From the IMG/VR virus record IMGVR_UViG_3300038393_001148: 64,000 nt of DNA. One strand, given 5' to 3'. Both the position numbers and the translations under genes were made by a program. This DNA comes from a virus. Taxonomy: Duplodnaviria; Heunggongvirae; Uroviricota; Caudoviricetes. The notes beneath the pieces are model-generated. The model was not told the origin of the DNA, searched no databases, and worked only from the letters and a program-made list of their open reading frames with translations. Every line of letters begins with the position of its first letter. Within the stretch, counting starts at the first letter, position 1. Below are positions 15,158 through 25,103 of the stretch, piece after piece.

Positions 15158-15511
15158 ATGAGTAAGAAGGTCCCCCAGTCCACGCTCACTCCTTTGACCG
15201 AAGAGCAGATCAAGGAGCTTGCGCTCGGCATCTTCCGCAACGAGATCTTCACGGATCGGCACATCGATCCGCAGGACGCTCCGAGCATGCTCCGCAGCGT
15301 GTTCATGCCGCTGGGCTTTTTGGGGCGCAAGGAGATCCTGCACATGCAGCGCAAGCAACGTCCGGGGCTCTTCTACGCGCGCATGGATAAGGCGGGGCCT
15401 CGGAGCATCAACGGGTATCCGATGTTTTTCGAACTGAGCATGGCCTCTGAGGAAGATGCCGCCAAGGTCTGGGAAGAATATTCCCGCCTAGACAAGGCTG
15501 TGGAAGACTGA
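15158..15511 (+). CDS. Hypothetical 117-aa protein
   Basis: Track ORF. Confidence 0.45.
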   Translation: MSKKVPQSTLTPLTEEQIKELALGIFRNEIFTDRHIDPQDAPSMLRSVFMPLGFLGRKEILHMQRKQRPGLFYARMDKAGPRSINGYPMFFELSMASEEDAAKVWEEYSRLDKAVED

Positions 15512-15949
15512 TACACTTTGAGATGAGCACGACGCCCATCATCTATGGACCGCTACCTTTGAGTCGCTAGTGGAGCAAAATCCTGTCGAGGGAAAGTAGC
15601 TATGAGCCTATGCGGATAAGTGTGTTAGACTCACGCTCTTAGGATGTGGCCGATCTTCGGATCTCTGTAGGTGGCGGTGGCCGCAAGGCGCTCTGCCGTA
15701 TCTGGTATAAAGCCAGGTCTTTTATTAGAGTCGGTATCCTTCGGGAGTCCGAATACGAGAGAGTTCGGTAAAGGTGCGGATAGAAATTAGGTGCGCAACT
15801 AATCCTATCCTATTAGTACTGTCAATAGATTGTTTCTGATACGAAGCCTCTGGCGGACTATCATCTAACAAATGAGACGGGAAATCCATAATTCAGGTTC
15901 TATATCGATGCAGGATTGGACCCCTGCGACCTGACGCGCTCTACTCTTT

Positions 15950-16135
15950 ATGTTTAAAACACTGTTGATCAACCACGCAATGGATCGCCCGCGAGCGGAT
16001 AGAGAGTTTCTTGAGGCCGTTGAGATCGCCCTTAACGAGCCGCCCGAAGATTACTACGTGTATGACGTACAATACGCCTGTATAGGTCATCTTCAGCGAG
16101 CGCTCATCATCTACAGCAAGATCCCGGTGTCATGA
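15950..16135 (+). CDS. Small protein (61 aa) ending ...ALIIYSKIPVS. Tandem paralog of 16132..16310.
   Basis: Track ORF. Confidence 0.4.
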   Translation: MFKTLLINHAMDRPRADREFLEAVEIALNEPPEDYYVYDVQYACIGHLQRALIIYSKIPVS

Positions 16136-16310
16136 GAGTAAATCACATCGTGGCCTCCAGTTCGTATGAGTTTCAAGTCGCGATTAACCAAGCACTAAAC
16201 AGCATTCCTTTCGGCCTATTTGTCCAAGAGGTCAAATATGCGGCTGCCTCTAAGGCATCAAACACCGAATATTCCGCGCTGATTATCTACGGCGACATTC
16301 CTGTCACCTA
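16132..16310 (+). CDS. Small protein (58 aa, MRVNHIVASSSYEF...ALIIYGDIPVT). Paralog of 15950..16135. Missed by the ORF cutoff.
   Basis: Hand translation. The ATGA overlap with the upstream stop and the shared C-terminal motif support it. Confidence 0.35.
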
Positions 16311-16316
16311 AATAAT

Positions 16317-16685
16317 GTGGCAACGGCGCGCTATGAAGTTCTCATCCCTAAAGTAGACAACCTAGGATCTCCCCTCCGGGATCTAGCATCTCCCGCGCTT
16401 GCATATATCACGCAGGCGCTTCAAGTCACTACGGCTCATATCGAACTAGGCCGCTCCGTCTATTGGGGTGGCCGCACAGAGCCCTTCGACGCCCTCGTCT
16501 TCACCGCCGAAGACAACCCCCAGGCCGACTCTTCCGCCAAGCAGCTTGGAGCCTACATTGGCGATGTAGCCAATCAGGATGTCATCCTTGTTTCCAAGGA
16601 CGGCAAGGCCGGTCTGCAATCCTGGCCGATAAAGAATAATCAGTATCGTCCCGGTGAAACAGCGGAACCTACTGCATTAGCTTAG
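16317..16685 (+). CDS. Hypothetical 122-aa protein
   Basis: Track ORF. Confidence 0.45.
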   Translation: MATARYEVLIPKVDNLGSPLRDLASPALAYITQALQVTTAHIELGRSVYWGGRTEPFDALVFTAEDNPQADSSAKQLGAYIGDVANQDVILVSKDGKAGLQSWPIKNNQYRPGETAEPTALA

Positions 16686-16718
16686 TTTCCTAGCCACCCG
16701 ACTTGGTTAAGAGTTAGG

Positions 16719-17030
16719 ATGGCTTACTTTGGAACGACAAGCGCGCTAGGTTCAAACGGGACCGTTACTATTGGACCGCGCCCTACCGACCGTGCCGATT
16801 ATCTATCGGGCATGGTCTTTGCCGATCAGGCTGGCACGATCTTTATCGAGCAGTCTGGGGACGGCCAGAACTGGGACCTCTCTACCTCTCACCCGGTGGT
16901 TGCTAACACCGGCCAAGGCTTTACCGAGCCTCTATATGGGCCGTACGTTCGCGTCCGCTATGTGAACGGTCCTACGGCTCAGGGAGCGCTACGGATCTTC
17001 GCCCGTTACACCTCGGCTGGAGACTCTTAA
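16719..17030 (+). CDS. Hypothetical 103-aa protein
   Basis: Track ORF. Confidence 0.45.
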   Translation: MAYFGTTSALGSNGTVTIGPRPTDRADYLSGMVFADQAGTIFIEQSGDGQNWDLSTSHPVVANTGQGFTEPLYGPYVRVRYVNGPTAQGALRIFARYTSAGDS

Positions 17031-20000
17031 TGCAGTGCGCCGATTGCGGCCATATTTGGACAGGTCCGGGATATGATCAAGAAATTCACTCAAGTTGTCC
17101 TCAATGCGGGTCATACCGCACTCAAGTCTCTCCGACGCATTCGGAAATAGAGATGAGGAACATGCCCGCGCCGGGAGAAGAGGATATGGGCGGGAACCCT
17201 TTGAAGGAGGGGATCCTTGCCGATGGCGGTTGGCAGAACCGCATGAAGCGAGATGAGTCATTCGCCAGCCTCAAGAAGAAGGCAATGGATGATTTTGATT
17301 GGGACGACGATGACGATATGGGTAATGCAGAGAACCCGTATCAACCCTATGAGACGCAAGAGCCTTATATTCACTCTCGTTTCATCGTCACCCCTAACGG
17401 TCAACTCCTGACTCCCAGCGAGCAACTTATGGCTGAAAAAGGTCCTGATCGAGTTTTCCATGAGGACATCGCCAACGAGCATGGGATCCCCAACTTCACC
17501 CAGGGCCACTCGCTCGGAACAGCCCTCAGCGATGGGACCGTTCACTTCGACGCGGGCAACGCATCGGGGCTCGACCCACAGACCTTGGCCTCGCTTGTGC
17601 ATCAACATTTTCCGAACCACCACCTCGATCCAAACAGCATCGCCGCTGCGCCCGCCAGCCAAGAAGAGCGCTTTGGTCTAGATAGACTCCCTTATACACC
17701 CCAAGAGCGTAATCAGTTGAACTTCGGAGACAAGCAGCGTCAGGAGCAACAGGCCGTTGACCAGCGGGGCGGCCGTCCCTTCAACTACTATGACAATCCT
17801 TACTTTAATCGTGGTGGATCTACTCGCGACCGCATGTATCTTCCTTGGTCGCTCGATACTGCAAAGATTGCAGCAGACTTCGATGTTGAACAAGTAATCC
17901 CGGCTGGTCCTCATACCGAGGAAGTAGATGTAGGAGAAGCCAACCCGCTGATCCTCCAGCACGACGATCCTAACGTGGTCGGGGACGCCAAGACCCGTCT
18001 GGAATCGGCGACCAAGACCTCATTCCTTCCGATGCTTCTCGGCCTCGCCGGTGGGGCACTAGGGGCGGAAGCGCTCGGGGGAGCGGCGGCGGGTCGCATC
18101 GGAGGGTCCTTGGCCGGTCACCTCGTGGGACGAGCCCTAGAAGGCGGTCCGGGCGGCGGAAACGCGGCCCTCAATGGCCCTTCGGAGGTCCAGCAGTCGT
18201 GGGACACGCTGTCATCTATCAAAGAGGCAGACTGGGCGCGTGACACTGGCAACTGGCTTAAGGACAACGTAACCACCCCGGCGCATAATACAATCTATAA
18301 GCTCATGGGAAGCCCCTTCGATGGCGGTTCGACGTTTGATCGAAACTACGAACGATACCTACGTCAGGGTATTCCGCCCTCCGAGGCGCGAGATCGTGCC
18401 GCGTTGGATGCTGGCACGATCACGCCAGAGCAATTCCAGCAGCGACAGCAATATCATCAGGAGCGACAGCTAAATAGTATTCCGACAGCCGACATGACTT
18501 GGGATGATCCACGCAACGCCGCCTTCTCCATCCATGAGCGCCTAGCGTATGATCACCCGTCTTCAAATCCCGGATACGACGACACGGACGATCCGGGGGA
18601 CGTGGACCAGCATGAGCATAACGATGGCGATCACACCAACTTCGATGACGACATCGACAGCGCTGGTGGATCCGATGGCTTCGATGTAAATTCTGAGCTT
18701 GGACAGGCGTTTGTCAACGCTCTTCCTTCGCTCATGAAGTACTATGACTCGCCGGAGTCTGGTAAGGACGATCCTGCTATCGCCAGCCTAGTCGAGGCGA
18801 TGGAGCGCGAGATGCCAGGGATGATCGGCGCGCAACCTTCTGATGATGATCTTAGGATGATCGATGAGGTTAAGGGTGGACATCAGGACGATAGCCAAAT
18901 TCCTCCGGGACATACGGCGGCAGGCGTTCCCGGAATCGGAATGGCTCCGGGCACCCAAACCTTAGCTCCGGTCGGACCTAACAATTCGATCAACCCGATG
19001 TCCCAGGGCTCATGCCCTCATTGCGGAGCTATGGTCACCCCTGGTCAGGGGGTATGCCCGCAATGCAACTCAGCCGTGAGTCCGATGCAGCAGGGCGCTA
19101 CGGCAGTTAATCCACAAGCTCCTGTAGGTCCCGCAGGGCAGGCTATGCAACCGGTTATGGCGGCTAACCAGGGTCCTCACAACCCTGAGCAGTTCCAGGC
19201 CGTCATGCAGTATCTCCAGCAGGAAGGTCGGGACGAACTTATTCCCGACCTTATTGAACATCCTGAAAACTATGGGGATATTCTAGCGGAGATTCAGGGT
19301 AAGAGCCAGCCGCCAAATCCCGATCCAGATCCGGGTCCAGCACCGCCTATGGATCCATCGATGATGATGCAGCAGGGGATGCCTTCGGGAGGAGGAGGTA
19401 TGCCTCCCCAGGGTATGCCGATGCAGGGCCGCGCAGGAGGAATCGGTTCACGTATGGAGATCGATCTTCCGTGCCCGCACTGCCATAAGACCGGAGGAGT
19501 CGGTTATTACCCATCGAGCCAAGATTGTCAGTGCCGAAATTGCGGTTACGAATTCCCCGCAGGTAATGACCAAGGGCGAGAGCAGCAAATGGATGTAGAA
19601 GATTACCGAAGCCCGGAAGGACTCGAACCCGCACCGGCAGGGCTCGGACCCATCCACCAAGGAGCGGCAGATCCGGTCACTCCTCCATGCCCGAAGTGTG
19701 GCTCTCACACCACCGGTATCATCACCGACTCCGGTCAGGCTCAGTGCTCCAACTGCAATCACAAGTGGCAGACCAACGTTGAGGTCCAGGGAGAGAAGAC
19801 TCCCGTGCAGCCGAAGGCCAGCGCAGAGAATCCTTGGGTCACTCAGGACGGCCAGCCGCTTGTTGTAGGACAAGAGTATGAGATGTACTCGTCCAAGTAT
19901 GATGTTCCGGACGTTGTGAAGATTACTGCGGTCAAGCCCAACTCGATTGAGTACACGTTGACCGGAGCCTATGGCCTAGAGCACCGGACAGCGGTGACTC

Positions 20001-20740
20001 GTGAAGAGGCGCAGTTGGATGGACTCAGCTTTGTTTCCTCCGATGGCGCGGACGATATGGCTCCGGATACAAACCTCAATGAGCAGCAGCCCAACGATCA
20101 GATGCAGGTTCCGGCCGAGACCCATCAGGCTAACAGCGAGTCCGATGTTTGGTTACTGGTTTATCACTATGGGCTGGACGAGCGAACCGCCCGCGAGGTA
20201 TTAGCTGACCCCAAGACTCAGGGAATCGTCCAGCAGTGGAAGCAGGGTATCCCCGACGTTCAGACAGAACCGGGGCGCTCGATGCTCGATGAGTCGCCCT
20301 GGGATTTCCAAAACCGGAGGATGAAGGCCGCCCAGGCTCCGGGAAACGAAATAGACCCACAGGTTCTTCCTCATTTTCAGCAGGCATTCCAGCATGCTCG
20401 GCAAAATGGCGTAGATCAGGCTCACCAATTCCTACTTCAGAACCTACAACGGTACGATCCTCGACGGGCTACGAGCCTGGCTGATGACTGGCGAGCAAAG
20501 TATGACCGTCTCTTCGGCAACGGCGGGCCTATGGGCGAGCCTAATTTCGCTCCCAACGACGTTGGACCAAACGTACTTAAAATGGCGGGCAAGAAGTTCA
20601 CCCCGATGGAGCAGCGCGAATTCATCGATGAGCCGGGCAAGGCCCGCAATGCAGAGAAGCTAGACCTAGAAGGCACCCACTACACAGAAAGCCGCACCCA
20701 TAGCCTCCTAGATGATTCGTATTTCCTCTTTGGTCTATAA
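17030..20740 (+). CDS. Giant 1236-aa protein with four C-x2-C...C-x2-C zinc ribbons, acidic and P/Q-rich linkers and a glycine-zipper hydrophobic segment. Function unknown; it could be an internal virion or ejection protein.
   Basis: Ribbons read in the translation are CADC...CPQCGS, CPHCGAMV...CPQCNS, CPHCHKTGG...CRNCGY and CPKCGSH...CSNCNH. The glycine zipper is LLGLAGGALGAEALGGAAAGRIGGSLAG. Confidence 0.6.
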   Translation: MQCADCGHIWTGPGYDQEIHSSCPQCGSYRTQVSPTHSEIEMRNMPAPGEEDMGGNPLKEGILADGGWQNRMKRDESFASLKKKAMDDFDWDDDDDMGNAENPYQPYETQEPYIHSRFIVTPNGQLLTPSEQLMAEKGPDRVFHEDIANEHGIPNFTQGHSLGTALSDGTVHFDAGNASGLDPQTLASLVHQHFPNHHLDPNSIAAAPASQEERFGLDRLPYTPQERNQLNFGDKQRQEQQAVDQRGGRPFNYYDNPYFNRGGSTRDRMYLPWSLDTAKIAADFDVEQVIPAGPHTEEVDVGEANPLILQHDDPNVVGDAKTRLESATKTSFLPMLLGLAGGALGAEALGGAAAGRIGGSLAGHLVGRALEGGPGGGNAALNGPSEVQQSWDTLSSIKEADWARDTGNWLKDNVTTPAHNTIYKLMGSPFDGGSTFDRNYERYLRQGIPPSEARDRAALDAGTITPEQFQQRQQYHQERQLNSIPTADMTWDDPRNAAFSIHERLAYDHPSSNPGYDDTDDPGDVDQHEHNDGDHTNFDDDIDSAGGSDGFDVNSELGQAFVNALPSLMKYYDSPESGKDDPAIASLVEAMEREMPGMIGAQPSDDDLRMIDEVKGGHQDDSQIPPGHTAAGVPGIGMAPGTQTLAPVGPNNSINPMSQGSCPHCGAMVTPGQGVCPQCNSAVSPMQQGATAVNPQAPVGPAGQAMQPVMAANQGPHNPEQFQAVMQYLQQEGRDELIPDLIEHPENYGDILAEIQGKSQPPNPDPDPGPAPPMDPSMMMQQGMPSGGGGMPPQGMPMQGRAGGIGSRMEIDLPCPHCHKTGGVGYYPSSQDCQCRNCGYEFPAGNDQGREQQMDVEDYRSPEGLEPAPAGLGPIHQGAADPVTPPCPKCGSHTTGIITDSGQAQCSNCNHKWQTNVEVQGEKTPVQPKASAENPWVTQDGQPLVVGQEYEMYSSKYDVPDVVKITAVKPNSIEYTLTGAYGLEHRTAVTREEAQLDGLSFVSSDGADDMAPDTNLNEQQPNDQMQVPAETHQANSESDVWLLVYHYGLDERTAREVLADPKTQGIVQQWKQGIPDVQTEPGRSMLDESPWDFQNRRMKAAQAPGNEIDPQVLPHFQQAFQHARQNGVDQAHQFLLQNLQRYDPRRATSLADDWRAKYDRLFGNGGPMGEPNFAPNDVGPNVLKMAGKKFTPMEQREFIDEPGKARNAEKLDLEGTHYTESRTHSLLDDSYFLFGL

Positions 20741-20791
20741 CAAGCCAGAGTGTTACTTTAATCTTCCACTGAACCGAGAATAAAGAATAGA

Positions 20792-21586
20792 ATGCTTTAC
20801 GCAAAAAGAACAGTCCGTTGCTCCGCTGCTAACATGACGCGCGAGGCTGCCCAGAAGTCACTTAAGAAGAACTTCTCTGAGGCCGAGCTTTTAGATCTTA
20901 AGCGTCAGGGGAACCAATGGGTGGCGACCCTGCTTGAGCCCAAGCAGGCCGAATTCCCTCCCAAGAAGGATGATTCCGATAGCGCGCCCGAAGGCAACCC
21001 ATTCTCAGAAGACAAGAGCGACTCAGACTCCGGAGATTCCGGAGACGACTCGTCATCGAACGATGGCCCGCCATCCGATGACTCTAAGGGTCCAAAGCCT
21101 CCTAAGGAAGATGGATCGAAGGGCGAAAAGGGCGAGCTAGCCGCCGTTCTCGATCTCATCACCCAGATCGCCGACAAGCTAGGAATCGTCCCTGGCGGCG
21201 ACCCGATGGCTCCCGGAGCAGAGGATCCAATGGCGGACCCGATGGCTGGCCCGCCCGCGCCTCCTGCGGGACCTCCCGGTGCCGGTGGCCCTCCGGGTCC
21301 AGGTCACGGCAATGAGATCCTTCATCGTACAAAGCTAAAGCCCGGCGAAACTCCTCCAGGAGGAACGCCCATTGGTGCCCCAGCTTTCGCGAGTACACAA
21401 AGCTCTGAGCATGAGCAGTTGGCTCGCATGGCTTCGTTCGACGCCTTTGACGACACCCCTGGCAAGTCCATTAGGCAGGCTCACGATGAGCTAACCGCGC
21501 TTTATGGACCGCATGGATTCGCTGTCCGTCAAATTAAGCGCGTCGAGGGTGGCCGTCGTCTTGCCGCCAAACTCTCCAGAAAGTAA
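20792..21586 (+). CDS. Low-complexity acidic Ser/Asp/Pro-rich protein (264 aa)
   Basis: Track ORF. Confidence 0.5.
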   Translation: MLYAKRTVRCSAANMTREAAQKSLKKNFSEAELLDLKRQGNQWVATLLEPKQAEFPPKKDDSDSAPEGNPFSEDKSDSDSGDSGDDSSSNDGPPSDDSKGPKPPKEDGSKGEKGELAAVLDLITQIADKLGIVPGGDPMAPGAEDPMADPMAGPPAPPAGPPGAGGPPGPGHGNEILHRTKLKPGETPPGGTPIGAPAFASTQSSEHEQLARMASFDAFDDTPGKSIRQAHDELTALYGPHGFAVRQIKRVEGGRRLAAKLSRK

Positions 21587-21591
21587 CCCGC

Positions 21592-21762
21592 ATGGCAAAC
21601 GAGCAAACGATAACGGAGGAGTTCAACCGCCTCCGGGGTCGAATGTGCGGTCTAATCGAGAGTTTCGGCCTCCCGGAGAAGCAAGAGCGCGGGGCTATCA
21701 ATACCCTAAAGTCCTTGAGCTACGACGCCCAAAAGGCGATCACTGAGTCGCTGAAGGACTAA
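21592..21762 (+). CDS. 56-aa helical protein (MANEQTITEEFNRLRGRMCGLIESF...), below the ORF cutoff
   Basis: Hand translation. It is followed immediately by the strong terminator at 21773. Confidence 0.3.
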   Translation: MANEQTITEEFNRLRGRMCGLIESFGLPEKQERGAINTLKSLSYDAQKAITESLKD

Positions 21763-21772
21763 ACAACCACAA

Positions 21773-21825
21773 GAGAGGGAATGCTAGGGCAATGTATATG
21801 GTCCTAGCATCCCTCTTTTTATTTG
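21773..21825. terminator. Bidirectional rho-independent terminator between convergent genes
   Basis: A 13–14 bp perfect stem (GAGAGGGAATGCTAGG / CCTAGCATCCCTCT) is followed by TTTTTATTT. Confidence 0.65.
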
Positions 21826-21834
21826 TGGTGTTGG

Positions 21835-22170
21835 TTATACTGATTCTGATATGCTAGCCCGACATTTCGGACACAAGTAATCTGAGGAGTCGGGGTTTTC
21901 GGCTTCGCAGTTGCCACAGACTCTCCGGGAAAGTAGGATCCATACCCCATCGGCGGATCTTTGGGGCCACCACCTCACTTTCCACCTAATAGGTGATTCG
22001 TGAAACGGCGACGACGACGACTCGATGCGGTCAGCGTGCCAATATTCAAAGCCCCCCTCGGTGCGCTCGCGGCTTTTGAATTCCCATAGTGCCCACTGCA
22101 CATCGGAATTCTCGTACCTCCAGACCTGACCTGGCTTAGGACTCTCGACAGACTCGGCAGAGGTAGTCAT
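21835..22170 (-). CDS. Zinc-ribbon family paralog (CGNCEAENPDSSDYLCPKCRAS)
   Basis: Track ORF of 111 aa. Confidence 0.6.
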   Translation of the reverse strand: MTTSAESVESPKPGQVWRYENSDVQWALWEFKSRERTEGGFEYWHADRIESSSSPFHESPIRWKVRWWPQRSADGVWILLSRRVCGNCEAENPDSSDYLCPKCRASISESV

Positions 22171-22708
22171 CCTTCGCCGCCTCCCTTACTAGCCCGCACT
22201 CAGGACAGTCAATGACCTGTCCGTATTTCTGAATCTTCGTCCCGCAATCAGGACAGGAGGCGCGGATCATCCTCCGTCCGTTCTTGGCCTCGATCTGTTC
22301 CCAAGCCAAAATCGTGACGTGCTTCTTTTCCTTCATGCAGTAGCCCGTGTTGGGCGGGTTCTCTGCAATCGGCTTGGCAACAATACCTTCGGTTGCCTTC
22401 CGCCCATTGGCGAGGTTGATACTTCTTTCCTTACACGCCGACTTTGAACGTCTCTTGGTCGTCAGGCGCTCGACGTAGGCGAAGTTCCATCCTACCCCCT
22501 TCCTTGCGCCCGGCCCGTACCTCTTGAAGAAGAACGAGTAGTACCAGCCGTCCTGATCAGGGCGCATGGTCCAGGCCCCCGCTCCTGCCCGGCCGACAAC
22601 ATAGTTCCAGTGTACGCCGCCAAACGGACCTGGATTATAGAAGTGCGGCGTCTGCTCAGATGCCGACAAAGATACTCGGGGAGCCATGGAGAGCATGGTA
22701 GCAGCCAA
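22136..22708 (-). CDS. Zinc-ribbon family paralog with a double ribbon (CPDCGTKIQKYGQVIDCPECG...DDYLCRVCRES)
   Basis: Track ORF of 190 aa. Confidence 0.6.
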   Translation of the reverse strand: MAATMLSMAPRVSLSASEQTPHFYNPGPFGGVHWNYVVGRAGAGAWTMRPDQDGWYYSFFFKRYGPGARKGVGWNFAYVERLTTKRRSKSACKERSINLANGRKATEGIVAKPIAENPPNTGYCMKEKKHVTILAWEQIEAKNGRRMIRASCPDCGTKIQKYGQVIDCPECGLVREAAKDDYLCRVCRES

Positions 22709-22821
22709 TTAGCCGCAGGTCAAGCGAAACAAGCTAAAAATCGCACGTATTCAGTGCCGCGAGGCCAATCGGTTGGAGTTCCACGCTTACTTGTTGGAGC
22801 CCCCGCAGCGTAAGAAGTAGC

Positions 22822-24990
22822 ATGCTTCGCAAATTCGCTTCCCTTGAACAAGCTCAGGTATTATCCCTCAAGGGATCATCCACAAGGCGTCAGGCTTCGC
22901 TAGATAAGATCTCGGAGTTTAGCGACTACCGCACCGAAGACGGCTATCTCTACGCGCGCATTCGCGCGATCTCTTCGAGAGTAAATAAGAATCACGACGG
23001 CTGGCCTTCGGTCGAGCTAGCGGGCGGCGAGGACGTATTCCGCCAGCATCAATCTTCTGAAGGCGGATTCACCGTCGAAGCATCCCGAGGAGCCAAGCAC
23101 GGATTCTCTACCTTTCTTGGGAAGCCCATCTTTGTAGATCATAATAACTCCAACCCCGACCGCGCTCGCGGAGTTATCGTTGACGCCAAGCTGCATGTCG
23201 AGGATCACCGCACGGCCTCGGAATTGGATCCTTATTACGCTTCGGCCCCGGATAACCACATGCCGCCAACGTGGGTGGAGCTTCTCCTGGAAGTTGATGC
23301 TAAGTCCTTTCCTAAGCTCGCCAAGGCCATTGTTGAAGGAAGCAAGGACCCTAAGAAGGGTATCGATGGCTTCTCCATGGGATGCGATGTTGAACGCTCA
23401 GTGTGCAGTATTTGTAAAAATTCTGCCACATCCCCCGACGACTTTTGTAAGCACGTAAAACTCAAGGGAGCGGAATTTGATTGGATTAATCCTAAAAATG
23501 GTCGTAAAGAGTCAAAGAGATCTTATGAAGACTGCTACGGAATCAAGTTCTTTGAAATATCTGCTGTCTTCGATCCGGCAGACGAAACGGCGCTGATCAA
23601 GGAAGTGCGTCATGAAGCTCGGCAAAGTTCTGTACATACCGCAGAGCACCCATTGCCCCAGGCAGACATGATGACGGCTCCCGAATATGTAGACACTCTT
23701 CGGGAGGAAGAAATCTGCCCGGTCTGCGGATCGAACATGGACGAGGGCCATCAATGCGAGGTGTGTGGATACGTCGCCCCTCCTGAGGGACTAGACAACC
23801 CGGACCTCGGTAAGGCCCACGACACCAACGCTTTGCAGGACCCTCAGGACTTAGGCAACCCTGCTGAAAATGTAGATATAACAACCCACCCTAGTACACC
23901 TGATGCGGCACAGCCTACAAACAACCAGATTGCCGCCTCAGTAACAAACGAGATGTCTTGGAGAATTCATCACCCCCGCGTGGCACAGATCAACTCTGTT
24001 GAGCGACCTTTGCAATCTAATCCTCGTCCGGCTACAAACGAGCCGCGAGAGACGGTCATTTCCGACCAGACTAAACCAGTAACCAATCGCACCGCAGCGT
24101 CAATGATTGCGGCTGTTAACCAAGGAGAACCAATGAGCAGCATTAGGACTGCCGCCGATGCTCCAACCGCAGATACTCGCGCAGATAATCGCGTTGATGT
24201 GACCGGCGTTGGCGGTGTAATGGATTCGAGCAATGAGAAGGCCTCAACGCCTGACGTTGACACCGAAGTAGAAGGAAAGGGAGCCGTCACGGACGGTTCG
24301 AACCAAGAGGCTTCAAAGGCTGACCGTCGTGAAGATCTGCCTACGGCAGGCAAGGATTCTGACGACGCTGGCTTTAACAAGGATAAGACAACGGATGACT
24401 CTGGGAAGACTAAGACATTCGATAATTCAAACGAGCCGAACTCTGCCGTTACGAACGAAGCATTTCCTACGGCATCGACGCATGCGGCGGGCGATGACAA
24501 GGCCTACCCAGATGAAGACGGTGGCCTCGCGGGTGGATCGGCTAATAAGGGAACTCAGCCGGTTGATCCGGTAGGCAAGGCCGATGACCGTGTTGATGTT
24601 CTTGACCATGTGACTTCCCCGGAGAACAACTCGGGGAAGACAAAGACCTGGACCGGCACCGATGGCAACGGTGTGACGAAGCAGCAGCCCGCCGTCACCC
24701 GTGAGGTCTTTGCCCCGTGGACTTCTTCAGTGGTGGAAATCCTGAAGATCGCTGACGCGGAGGTCGAGCTTGGCCTTATCGACGCTGAGCAAAAGTATGA
24801 CCGTATCGCCGAGCTAGAGCAGGAGGCTCCGGAGTCCATCGCAGCGACGGCCAAGGTTCTGGCTCGCGTCAAGACCGCTGGCCTCAAGAAGAACGCCGCG
24901 ACCAAGCAGGGTGGCGTAGGCCGTATGCCATCGCTTCGCCAGGCTTCCGCTGCCCGTCAGGATTCTCCTGACGAAGCCGTATTCTGGTAA
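22822..24990 (+). CDS. Putative prohead protease–scaffold fusion (722 aa)
   Basis: It sits upstream of the decoration-like and capsid genes. The N-terminal region has a weak resemblance to HK97-type prohead proteases (GFSMGCDVE). The C-terminal half is a long D/T/N/K-rich low-complexity region ending in a helical tail, as scaffolds do. It also contains the zinc ribbons CSICKN...CKH and CPVCGSN...CEVCG. Confidence 0.45.
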   Translation: MLRKFASLEQAQVLSLKGSSTRRQASLDKISEFSDYRTEDGYLYARIRAISSRVNKNHDGWPSVELAGGEDVFRQHQSSEGGFTVEASRGAKHGFSTFLGKPIFVDHNNSNPDRARGVIVDAKLHVEDHRTASELDPYYASAPDNHMPPTWVELLLEVDAKSFPKLAKAIVEGSKDPKKGIDGFSMGCDVERSVCSICKNSATSPDDFCKHVKLKGAEFDWINPKNGRKESKRSYEDCYGIKFFEISAVFDPADETALIKEVRHEARQSSVHTAEHPLPQADMMTAPEYVDTLREEEICPVCGSNMDEGHQCEVCGYVAPPEGLDNPDLGKAHDTNALQDPQDLGNPAENVDITTHPSTPDAAQPTNNQIAASVTNEMSWRIHHPRVAQINSVERPLQSNPRPATNEPRETVISDQTKPVTNRTAASMIAAVNQGEPMSSIRTAADAPTADTRADNRVDVTGVGGVMDSSNEKASTPDVDTEVEGKGAVTDGSNQEASKADRREDLPTAGKDSDDAGFNKDKTTDDSGKTKTFDNSNEPNSAVTNEAFPTASTHAAGDDKAYPDEDGGLAGGSANKGTQPVDPVGKADDRVDVLDHVTSPENNSGKTKTWTGTDGNGVTKQQPAVTREVFAPWTSSVVEILKIADAEVELGLIDAEQKYDRIAELEQEAPESIAATAKVLARVKTAGLKKNAATKQGGVGRMPSLRQASAARQDSPDEAVFW

Positions 24991-25019
24991 TCAAGCTAGC
25001 TAGTCATAGAAATTTTAAG

Positions 25020-25057
25020 GAAGGCCCTTACTTTTCAGTTTGGGCCTTCTTTATATC
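25020..25057 (+). terminator. Rho-independent terminator after the protease/scaffold gene
   Basis: An 8-bp GC-rich stem (GAAGGCCC / GGGCCTTC) is followed by TTTATATCTAT. Confidence 0.5.
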
Positions 25058-25103
25058 TATGACGGGCCGCATACGCGGACCTAATCACTAATCAAGGAAA
25101 CTG

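Noticed and set aside
10243-15437. Numerous Arg/Ser/Pro-rich alternative-frame ORFs nested inside larger genes (for example 10243..10431, 14328..14675, 14653..15015, 15219..15437, and 30583..31530 inside the beta-helix gene)
   Set aside because: They have the typical composition of out-of-frame translation of high-GC coding DNA. Each lies fully inside a gene supported by motifs (HAD, AAA+, beta-helix).
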